Positions 1 through 7,406 of a stretch of 23,605 nucleotides of DNA are shown piece by piece; position 1 is the first letter of the stretch; each line of letters starts with the position of its first letter. Source of the DNA: Gemmatimonadota bacterium (GTDB lineage: Bacteria > Gemmatimonadota > Gemmatimonadetes > Longimicrobiales > RSA9); the NCBI GenBank assembly GCA_040905425.1, contig JBBDRO010000076.1, positions 1 through 23,605 on the forward strand. Direction: 5' to 3'. The position numbers and the translations under genes were made by a program. The notes beneath the pieces were generated by a model. That model made no database searches and had not been told where the DNA came from. It worked only from the letters and a program-made list of their open reading frames with translations.

Positions 1-16
1 GCGCCCCAGCGCCTGG

Positions 17-337
17 CGTTCCAGCTGGAACGTTGAAATAGCTGGATGGGACACGGCGCCGCCGCACCGGCACCCGCGCCGCTCTGGCACCCTCGCCGCA
101 CCGCGTTCCACCTGGAACGTCGAAATGGCTCGATGGGTCACGGAGCGCGGCGCCCTCGGCGCCCGCCTTGAGACGCCAAGCCGTGGCGCAGCCTCCCCCG
201 CGCCTGGCGTTCCAGCTGGAACGTCGAAATAGCTCGATGGGACACGGACACCGGTGCGGGCGAAACCCTCCCGAAACCACCAGGCCGGGCCGAAGCACGT
301 TCCAGCTGGAACGTCAAAATAGCTGGATGGGCCACCG
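17..337. repeat. Array of four 40-bp direct repeats with a 16-bp palindromic core CGTTCCAGCTGGAACG
   Basis: Units at 17-56, 104-143, 208-247 and 298-337; consensus CGTTCCAGCTGGAACGTYRAAATRGCTSGATGGGHCACSG; spacers of 47, 64 and 50 bp; may extend left of the window. Confidence 0.9.
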
Positions 338-379
338 GCACCGGTGCTCTCGCGACTCTCCTTGCCCGCAATTGCTCAA

Positions 380-790
380 AGGGGTAGGAGATCGAACCCA
401 CGACGTTTTGGGGCGGGCGTGCGCAGTAGCGGAGCAGGCGCTCGCGGCCCGTGCGGTCGGTGCCATGGATGCGGACGGAGGCGTCCGGGCTGAAGCCGCC
501 GCCGCCCTGCCAGGTGAGCATGGTTTCGACGGTGCTGGGGTCGAGCAACTCGCGTTGCTGGAAGAGGCGGAGGATGCGGCGCTGGAGGAGCGGTTGGAGG
601 TGCCCGGCGTCGTCGCTTGTGAGCGGTTGGAGGTGCCGGGCGTCGTCGCTTGTGAGTTGGGTGGCCTCGACCAAGCGCACGGAGTCATCCGGCTGCTCGC
701 TGAAGAGGCCGTCAACGACTACAACGTGGAAGTGGAAGTGGCGGTTCAGGCCGGAGCCGAAGCGGTGCAGGAAGGAGATGGCCCCGATGG
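380..790 (-). mobile_element. IS91/ISCR-family (Y2 HUH) transposase remnant fused to an oriIS-like end
   Basis: Minus frame reads IGAISFLHRFGSGLNRHFHFHVVVVDGLF (HUH motif)...RRILRLF...GGFSPDASVRIHGTDRTGRERLLRYCARPP, then breaks at ~410 into TTCGATCTCCTACCCCT (ends at 380); no N-terminus. Confidence 0.85.
588..653. repeat. 33-bp tandem duplication inside the transposase remnant
   Basis: 588-620 and 621-653 differ at 1 base; in-frame LTSDDA(R/G)HLQP repeat on the minus strand. Confidence 0.95.
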
Positions 791-804
791 GGGCAACACT
801 TTCC

Positions 805-872
805 TTGTCCGGAAAGCTCCCTCCGACCTACCTTGGCTGAGCCACAGAACGTCCCTTGGATTTCCTAACCCT
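805..872 (+). mobile_element. oriIS-like end of an IS91/ISCR-like element with a putative outward promoter
   Basis: CCTACCTTGGCTG...TTGGATTTCCTAACCCT closely parallels 20752-20820; TTGTCC-18bp-TACCTT. Confidence 0.6.
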
Positions 873-929
873 GACAACCTGCTCCTGCGGACCTTCGGGC
901 GCAGCTTCTGGATCATGGACGACATCTCG
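873..929 (+). pseudogene. 19-codon fragment of a BNR/VPS10 hydrolase gene
   Basis: DNLLLRTFGRSFWIMDDIS vs [19 protein letters not shown] (15217-15273): 9/19 identical, ungapped. Confidence 0.65.
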
Positions 930-1229
930 TTGGCCACGGAGCCCAGTCCCGAGGAGGTCCGCGCCCGGCACGCTGAGTACTGGCGGAAGAACAAGCGCTA
1001 CGTGGGCGCGCTCCTGCTGGTCTGGTTCGTGGTCTCCTACGGCTTCGGCATCCTGCTGGCCGAGCCCCTCAACCGCATCACCATTCCCGGCACCGGTTTT
1101 CCCCTGGGCTTCTGGTTCGCGCAGCAGGGGTCGATCTACGTGTTCGTGGTCCTCATCTTCATCTACGTCTGGCTGATGAACCGGCTGGACCGGGCGTACG
1201 AGGTGGACGAGGAGCGGGGCGGCACGTGA
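915..1229 (+). CDS. DUF4212 small membrane subunit of a sodium:solute symporter (start uncertain: ATG915 or TTG930)
   Basis: YWRKN...LLLVWFVVSYG...GFPLGFWFAQQGSIYVFVVLIFIY...MNRLD signature; overlaps the symporter start (GTGA). Confidence 0.9.
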   Translation: MDDISLATEPSPEEVRARHAEYWRKNKRYVGALLLVWFVVSYGFGILLAEPLNRITIPGTGFPLGFWFAQQGSIYVFVVLIFIYVWLMNRLDRAYEVDEERGGT

Positions 1230-2647
1230 ACGTCCAGGCCTGGACCTTCCTCCTCGTGGCGGTGTCCTTTGCCCTCTACCTGGGCATTGCCATCTGGTCC
1301 CGGGCCACCACCACGAAGGACTTCTACGTGGCGGGTACCGGGGTCTCCCCGCTGGCCAACGGCATGGCCACCGCCGCGGACTGGATGAGCGCCGCGTCCT
1401 TCATCTCCATGGCGGGGCTCATCTCCTTCATGGGCTACGACGGCTCGGTCTACCTCATGGGGTGGACGGGCGGGTACGTCCTCCTGGCACTCCTCCTTGC
1501 GCCCTACCTGCGGAAGTTCGGCGCCTACACCGTGCCCGACTTTGTGGGGGACCGCTACTACTCGCAGACGGCGCGCATCGTGGCGGTCCTGTGCGCCATT
1601 TTCGTGTCCTTCACCTACGTGGCCGGCCAGATGCGGGGCGTGGGGATTGTCTTCAGCCGGTTCCTGGAAGTGGACGTGAACCACGGCGTCTACGTGGGGA
1701 TGGCCATTGTCTTCTTCTACGCCGTGCTGGGCGGGATGAAGGGGATCACCTACACGCAGGTGGCCCAGTACTGCGTCCTCATTTTTGCCTACATGGTGCC
1801 GGCGATCTTCCTCTCCATGATGATCACCGGCACACCCATTCCCCAGCTCGGGCTGGGCGGCGTGGACCAGGCCACGGGCACCCCGCTCCTGGAGCGGCTG
1901 AACGGGCTGCACGAGGAACTGGGCTTTGCCGCCTATACGGCCGGGACCAGGTCCACCCTGGACGTCTTCCTCATCACCGCCGCGCTGATGGTGGGGACGG
2001 CCGGGCTGCCGCACGTGATCATCCGGTTCTACACGGTGCCCCGGGTACGGGACGCCCGCCTGTCGGTGGGATGGGCGCTGGTCTTCATTGCGCTCCTCTA
2101 CACGACGGCGCCCGCGGTGGCGGTATTCGCCCGTACCAATCTCATTGCCAGCGTCTCCGGGACGCCGTACGCCGAGATGCCCCCGGGCATCACGGAGCGG
2201 GGGGAGCTCATCGCGGCGCGTGTGTCCGCCGGGGCCGCCGTGCTGGTGGCCGGGTACCTGGGGGTGAACCCACCCGGCTTCGTGGCGCAGGTGGTGGCCT
2301 TTGCCTTCGGGCTCGCGGCCTCATCGTTCTTCCCGGTCATCATACTGGGCATCTTCTGGCACCGGGCCACCAGGGAGGGGGCCATTGCAGGGATGCTCAC
2401 CGGGATCACGTTTACCGCGGCCTACATTGTCTACTTCAAGTTCATGCACCCGGAGCTGAATACGGCGGACCACTGGTGGCTGGGCATCAGCCCGGAAGGG
2501 ATCGGGGCGGTGGGGATGGTCCTGAACGCCACGGTCACCATCCTTGTGTCCCGCCTCACGCCGCCGCCGCCACCGGAGGTCCAGGAGCTCGTGGACCGGG
2601 TCCGGGTACCGCGGGGGGCCGGGCTGGCGCACGAGATCAACGCCTAG
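1226..2647 (+). CDS. Sodium:solute symporter (ActP-related, VC_2705-like) with an apparent in-frame internal deletion at ~2180; possibly non-functional
   Basis: NGMATAADWMSAASFISMAG, GTAGLPHVIIRFYTVP and AFAFGLAASSFFP motifs present; the AAGGLAAALST segment expected between them is absent. Confidence 0.9.
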   Translation: MNVQAWTFLLVAVSFALYLGIAIWSRATTTKDFYVAGTGVSPLANGMATAADWMSAASFISMAGLISFMGYDGSVYLMGWTGGYVLLALLLAPYLRKFGAYTVPDFVGDRYYSQTARIVAVLCAIFVSFTYVAGQMRGVGIVFSRFLEVDVNHGVYVGMAIVFFYAVLGGMKGITYTQVAQYCVLIFAYMVPAIFLSMMITGTPIPQLGLGGVDQATGTPLLERLNGLHEELGFAAYTAGTRSTLDVFLITAALMVGTAGLPHVIIRFYTVPRVRDARLSVGWALVFIALLYTTAPAVAVFARTNLIASVSGTPYAEMPPGITERGELIAARVSAGAAVLVAGYLGVNPPGFVAQVVAFAFGLAASSFFPVIILGIFWHRATREGAIAGMLTGITFTAAYIVYFKFMHPELNTADHWWLGISPEGIGAVGMVLNATVTILVSRLTPPPPPEVQELVDRVRVPRGAGLAHEINA

Positions 2648-2650
2648 TGA

Positions 2651-2760
2651 GCGCCTCAGGTCGGGGAGGCGCAGGAGCCGCCCGCCGCCGATCACCGCCT
2701 ACCGCGTGAGGCGCCGCAGATCGGGGAGGCGGAGCAGGCGCCCGGCGGTGATCACAGCCT
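2651..2760 (-). repeat. Diverged duplicate of the amidohydrolase 3' end (60-bp period)
   Basis: 2651-2700 vs 2711-2760: 41/50 identical; AVIGGGRLLRLPDLRR vs AVITAGRLLRLPDLRR. Confidence 0.9.
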
Positions 2761-4144
2761 CCACGGTGCGTGTGTTGCCGATGTCCGCCAGCGGGTCGGC
2801 GGTCAGGAGCACCAGATCCGCGAGCCTGCCCTCCTCCACGGTCCCCAGCTCCCCCTCCATCCCGAAGAACGCCGCCGGGCGCAGGGTGGCGGCGCCCAGC
2901 GCCTCCAGGGGCGAGAGCCCGGCGCGGACGAGGAATTCCAACTCGTTGTGGAGGCTGTAGCCGGGAATGGCCTGGCTGATCGGCGTGTCGGTTCCGGCAG
3001 CCACGGGAATGCCGCGGCGATGCATTTCCCCCACCAGGAAGAGGCTCCAGGCGGCGAAGGTGGTGTCGGCGCTCCGGGAGCCACTGCGCCACCGCTCCAC
3101 CGTGGCGCCCCACGCCTCCGCCACCGCGGCCGGCGTACGCGCCAGGGCGCTGTCCCAGTCGGCCCGGGCGTACGGGGGGCGTAGCGCCAGGGCGTTCAGG
3201 CGCAGCGTCGGCACCTGGATGGTGGCGGCCATGGCGTCCAGGACGGCACCGCACCGTGCCGGATCGTACGCCGCGATGGCGGGCATGCGCTGCGCCCGGT
3301 GGAGACGGCCACGGAGGCCAGAGCCGCTCCCCTCCTCGTGGCCGGCCAGAATGGCCCGCCGCTCGTCCAGCAGCTCATCGCCGCCGGCGGCGCAGTCCAG
3401 CTCGATGTTCCGCAGGTGCTCCAGCGAATTCACGTGCGGCGCCACCTCCCGGGCCAGCATGGAGAGGGGAACGTGGGCGTCGATGGGGAGCTCCCGTTCC
3501 CGCGCCGCCTCCACCAGCGCGTGGAAGACCTCGGGCGTGACCAGCTCGTATACCTTGATGAAGTCCACCCCCGCCTCGGCCAGGCGGGCCACATTGCGGC
3601 GCGCCGTCTCCACGTCCGGATTGGCGATCCCCAGCGCCGGGCGCCCCTGGCCGTCGTAGACCACGAACTCCCCATCGAGGAGCGGCCCTGCGAAGAAGAC
3701 CCGCGGCGCCAGCGCCCCTTCAGCGCGCATGGCCGCCACCACGGGGAGCACCGCCTCCAGCTCCCCACCGGTGTCCCGGATGCTGGTGATTCCCCAGCGG
3801 AGGAAGAGCCCGGGCATGGCGGCCGTGAAGCGCTCGTCGTAGGTGAGATGGACGTGGAAATCCCACAGGCCGGGGATGAGGTAGCGTCCCGTTCCATCCA
3901 GCACCTCCGCGGCTCCGGACGGGGCACCACCCTCCCGCACCGCGGCGATGCGTCCATCGTCCACGAGGACGGTCTGGCCGTGGCGGACCCCGTGGAGGGC
4001 GTCGATAACCGTGACGTTCTCGATGGCCAGGTCGGCGAGCGGACCACCCGCGCAGGCGGCGAACGGGGCGCCGCAAACGGCAGCGAGCACGGCCATGCGG
4101 CCACCACGCCGCGCGCCGGAGGACAGGGCCCTTGCAGGGTTCAT
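2699..4144 (-). CDS. Metal-dependent amidohydrolase family protein, probable lipoprotein
   Basis: IPGLWDFHVH (HxH), DFIKVY, DAH, LEH, GTD, GTVEEGRLADLVLL; lipobox-like FAAC. Confidence 0.9.
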   Translation of the reverse strand: MNPARALSSGARRGGRMAVLAAVCGAPFAACAGGPLADLAIENVTVIDALHGVRHGQTVLVDDGRIAAVREGGAPSGAAEVLDGTGRYLIPGLWDFHVHLTYDERFTAAMPGLFLRWGITSIRDTGGELEAVLPVVAAMRAEGALAPRVFFAGPLLDGEFVVYDGQGRPALGIANPDVETARRNVARLAEAGVDFIKVYELVTPEVFHALVEAARERELPIDAHVPLSMLAREVAPHVNSLEHLRNIELDCAAGGDELLDERRAILAGHEEGSGSGLRGRLHRAQRMPAIAAYDPARCGAVLDAMAATIQVPTLRLNALALRPPYARADWDSALARTPAAVAEAWGATVERWRSGSRSADTTFAAWSLFLVGEMHRRGIPVAAGTDTPISQAIPGYSLHNELEFLVRAGLSPLEALGAATLRPAAFFGMEGELGTVEEGRLADLVLLTADPLADIGNTRTVEAVITAGRLLRLPDLRRLTR

Positions 4145-4361
4145 GGCGTCATTCGTCCGGATGAAGGTGGGGCCGGCGGGGGTGGCCGGCGCACGGCTCC
4201 ACGCTACATCCGCTGGACGGCGGGCGCCACACCGCTGTGGCTAGCGACCCGCGCCTCGAGCGCGGATCCATGCAACTCGCTTCGGGTTATTCCTACCTGG
4301 AGCTGTACCTGGGACAGTGCTTCGGCCTGGAACGCGTCCAACTTCCTACCAAGGAGACAGC

Positions 4362-4700
4362 ATGCTGATTCCGCCCGCCATGCAGAGAGCCGTCCTGGCC
4401 ACCGCGCTCCTGGCGCTCACACCGGCGAGCGCACTTGCCCAGCACCGCGCGGACATGGCCGCGGCCACGCCAGTGGCGCCCCGAACCTCCGGCTGCATCG
4501 TCGCCGCGTCCGTGCTGGGAGGCATAGGCGGGGCCATGGTGGGCGGCATCGTGGGAACGCTGCTGGAGCGGGCGACCTGCGCCGGCAATCCGGAGGCGGG
4601 CTTTACGGGATTCGCGGTGGGCATCCTGGTGGGCGGCGCGCTCGGCCCGCGGGCCGCCCGGAGCTTATGCGACGACGAAGTTGAGCTGGAGCTGGGGCGG
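4362..4700 (+). CDS. Secreted/membrane glycine-zipper protein, probably 3'-truncated (frame stays open to 5024, antisense to the esterase)
   Basis: AAGGAG at 4351; signal peptide ...ASALA|Q; GGIGGAMVGGIVG and GFAVGILVGGALG. Confidence 0.6.
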
Positions 4701-4709
4701 CCCCGCCGA

Positions 4710-6035
4710 TCATCGATTGCGGTCCCCCTCGCCGAGCAGGTGGACGAGCCCGGCGGCCAGCCAGTCCTGCCAGTTGAGTTCGCTGTGGACACCGTTGAAT
4801 TCCACGTACGCCAGGTCATAGTCGCGCGCCACGAGGACGTCACGCATGTGCCGGTTCGTGGCGAGCAGATAATGGCCCCGATTCCCCGGCGACACGAACG
4901 TCTCGAGCCGGCCGGCCGCCACGTAGAAGCGGACCGGGCGTGGCTCCGCCAAGGCGTACCGCATTGGCACCCATTCGAATGCCGCCACGTCTGCTGGACG
5001 CCAGTAGTAGGAGCCGGACAGTGACAGGACGTTGCCGAACGTCTCCGGATGCTCGAGCGCCAGCAGGGAGGCAACCATGCCCCGTCGGCTGGTTCCCGAC
5101 GCTACGATCCGGCGCGGATCCGTCGTGGCGCCGTACTCCTCCCGCAGGTGGGGCAGCAGCTCTTCGAGGATGAACTCGGCGGTCCCGGCATAGTTCGTGG
5201 TCTCGTCCTCCGGGGTGAGATCGACCAGCGCCACGATCATGGGTGGCAGCCGGCCCGCGCCGATGAGCTCGTCGATCATCCGGTCCACCCGCATGCCGAT
5301 GCCATGCCCGAAGGCCCCGAGACCCACGAGCAGAGGATACGGCTCCGTGCGCTCGGCGTCCCACTGCACGGGTTTGTAGACGTATACCGAACGGCCACTC
5401 CCATCGTCGGCGCTCAGCTCGTCCCAGTCTCCGGCTCCTTCCTGGCCCGACGGATTGCGCCACGGCTGGGGCGGCGCATCCGCGAGTTCCAGAATCGACG
5501 CTCTCAGCCCGTCGACGCCGGGTTCCCAGACACGAGGGTTCAACGGATCGATGTCCACCGATGGTGCGTCAGTGCCGCGATAGGTCACGAGGCGGTAGGG
5601 AACGCGCATGTCGTTTCGGAATCGGAAGGAGCGATACCAGACATCGGTGCCGCCCATGCGCTTCATCCAGCCGAGGCTGTCGGGAGGAGGAAAGGACCCT
5701 GCCACGAGCAACGCCGTGAGATTGGAATGAATCCGCATTCGATCGACGTCCGAAGCCCCCCGCGCAAGGAAGGTGACGATCGAGTAACCTGGGTGCGCGG
5801 AGTCCTGCTCTACCAGCGGAATGGAGGCGTCCTCCGCCATGCGCCAGAACTCCGCTTCCGCCGCGGCATCCCCCGCGGCGAGTCGGTCAGCCCAGACTGA
5901 TAAGGTGGGCGATGCCTCGAGGCCCTCGACGGGTCCCTGTTGCGCCCGGACGGCACCGGGAGTGACCAGGGCGAGCATTGTTGCAAGCAGGCCCGCGAGC
6001 GCAGGACAGCGGGATTCAGCGAGCGGAGAAAGCAT
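4710..6035 (-). CDS. Secreted Fes/enterochelin-esterase-like alpha/beta hydrolase (DUF3327-type N-domain plus esterase domain)
   Basis: GAGGAG before ATG6035; signal peptide; IVTFL, TDVWY, DPLNP, VYVYKP, YPLLV, FGNVLSLSGSYYW, EFNGVH. Confidence 0.8.
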   Translation of the reverse strand: MLSPLAESRCPALAGLLATMLALVTPGAVRAQQGPVEGLEASPTLSVWADRLAAGDAAAEAEFWRMAEDASIPLVEQDSAHPGYSIVTFLARGASDVDRMRIHSNLTALLVAGSFPPPDSLGWMKRMGGTDVWYRSFRFRNDMRVPYRLVTYRGTDAPSVDIDPLNPRVWEPGVDGLRASILELADAPPQPWRNPSGQEGAGDWDELSADDGSGRSVYVYKPVQWDAERTEPYPLLVGLGAFGHGIGMRVDRMIDELIGAGRLPPMIVALVDLTPEDETTNYAGTAEFILEELLPHLREEYGATTDPRRIVASGTSRRGMVASLLALEHPETFGNVLSLSGSYYWRPADVAAFEWVPMRYALAEPRPVRFYVAAGRLETFVSPGNRGHYLLATNRHMRDVLVARDYDLAYVEFNGVHSELNWQDWLAAGLVHLLGEGDRNR

Positions 6036-6101
6036 CGGACTCCTCACCTTGATGTCGTGGTCTCGATGGTGAGACACGACGATCGAGGACAGGGTTACGG
6101 G

Positions 6102-6142
6102 GTGGTCCCACTGTCGACTTGAAAGTGGTCCAAACGTCGACT
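6102..6142. repeat. Two 18-bp direct repeats (23-bp period), resembling an IS21-family end remnant
   Basis: GTGGTCCCACTGTCGACT / GTGGTCCAAACGTCGACT separated by TGAAA. Confidence 0.5.
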
Positions 6143-6170
6143 GGAGAGTCGTCCTGCTAATGGCTCAGCG

Positions 6171-6662
6171 CTACCGCACCAGCCGGTGCAGGGCGTTGGC
6201 GCCCGCCCCGAGCGTCACCTTCAGCGTGGCCGCCATGACCCCGAGCGCCACCATGGCCGCCAGCGCGGAGCCGATGATCGGCAGGACGCTGCCCACGTAG
6301 AGGCCGATCACCGCCATGCCCATCCACCCGGCCAGCACCGCGCCCATGAAGCAGGCGGGGATGGCGTAGAGGGTGCCTTTGGCGGCGTCCCGTGCCGCCT
6401 GCCGCCACGTCAGCGTGGCCTCGCGGCCCAGGATGCCGAACGCCGCGCTCAGTGCCAGACCAAGCAGCGAGCCCACGAAGAAGAGGCCTACGCTGGTGGT
6501 CAGCAGCCCGCCGCCGCTCATCCGGCCGGCCAGGGCCATCGAGGCTACCGTGAAGCCGCCGAGCAGCAGGCCGGTGCTCACGGCGCCGCCGACCACGAGC
6601 TTGCCGGTGATCCCCATCTCGCGGGTCATGGTGTGCTGAGTGCTCTTGATGTATGCCTGCAT
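6171..6662 (-). CDS. Hypothetical multi-pass membrane protein (163 aa), divergent from the oxidase operon
   Basis: GGGAG RBS before ATG6662; about 4 Gly/Ala-rich hydrophobic segments; GC-rich third codon positions. Confidence 0.8.
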   Translation of the reverse strand: MQAYIKSTQHTMTREMGITGKLVVGGAVSTGLLLGGFTVASMALAGRMSGGGLLTTSVGLFFVGSLLGLALSAAFGILGREATLTWRQAARDAAKGTLYAIPACFMGAVLAGWMGMAVIGLYVGSVLPIIGSALAAMVALGVMAATLKVTLGAGANALHRLVR

Positions 6663-6880
6663 GGTCGTTTCTCCCGTGGTTCCCGTAGCGTCATCCGTCC
6701 CGTCGTTGCGCCCTCTTATAAGGCACGGCCCGGACCGGACGGCGCTGACCGCCGGATTTTGGCGCGGTGACGCTGAAAATGAGGCATTGGACGGGAATCG
6801 GTGGAGCCCTGCCGAGGCGGAAACCGCGCGATATCGCGCACCTCGACGCGCGACAATGCGCATACGGGAGAACAGGATTC

Positions 6881-6910
6881 TTGCCCCGCTAGCTTGCTGC
6901 GAACTACCTT
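6881..6910 (+). promoter_or_regulatory. Putative sigma70 promoter of the cba operon
   Basis: TTGCCC-18bp-TACCTT, 41 bp before ATG6952. Confidence 0.35.
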
Positions 6911-6951
6911 GGCACGCCCGAACCGAATTTTCCCCCGCACCCGATGCCTCG

Positions 6952-7185
6952 ATGAAGCCGACGACGGGACCGGGCCTCTCCCGGCTCATCCTGGCCATGC
7001 TGGGCCTGGCCCTGGTGGGAGGCGCGCTGGTGGCCTACCTGTGGGAGACGCTGAACCAGTTGATGGCGGGGCACGTGGACTGGGTGCGCCTGCTTGTCTC
7101 CCTCCCCGTCCTGGCGGTCTTCCTGCTGCTGCTGCGCTTCCTGGCGGGACGTGTGGAAAGCTGGCACGACGAGCCCGCCCACTGA
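6952..7185 (+). CDS. Hypothetical 2-TM membrane protein (77 aa), first gene of the oxidase operon
   Basis: Two hydrophobic helices flanking YLWETLNQLMAGH; 19 bp from the next gene. Confidence 0.75.
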   Translation: MKPTTGPGLSRLILAMLGLALVGGALVAYLWETLNQLMAGHVDWVRLLVSLPVLAVFLLLLRFLAGRVESWHDEPAH

Positions 7186-7204
7186 AGCCCGCCTCCCCGA
7201 GAAC

Positions 7205-7390
7205 ATGAGCGACGCCATGGAAGAGCGGACCGACTGGACTCCGGCCACGGGCTCGGAACATCCGGATGAGACGGAGCTGAGCCCCGAGGAGGAACCGCGC
7301 GCCACCGGCACGCTGTTCTTCGTCATGATCATCCTGATGATCATCGTGGCGGTCTGGGTGATCATGTACCTGCGACTGCTGGACCGGTGA
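7205..7390 (+). CDS. cbaD: Cytochrome ba3 oxidase subunit IIa
   Basis: EEEPRATGTLFFVMIILMIIVAVWVIMYLRLLDR single TM, like Thermus subunit IIa; directly upstream of subunit II. Confidence 0.8.
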   Translation: MSDAMEERTDWTPATGSEHPDETELSPEEEPRATGTLFFVMIILMIIVAVWVIMYLRLLDR

Positions 7391-7406
7391 GGGGAGAGAC
7401 AAGGTC

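Noticed and set aside
17..337. Canonical CRISPR array
   Set aside because: Repeats differ at several positions, spacers are long and uneven (47-64 bp) and partly related to each other, and no cas genes are in the window
168..914. N-terminal ~250 aa of the 353-aa ORF 168..1229 as a real protein
   Set aside because: It is read-through of the repeat array, the antisense shadow of the transposase and the ori end; only the DUF4212 part is credible
6826..6839. Perfect palindrome GCGCGATATCGCGC in the cba divergent promoter region as an FNR/RegA site
   Set aside because: Does not match the FNR TTGAT-N4-ATCAA consensus; GC-rich palindromes arise easily by chance, so it is unassignable
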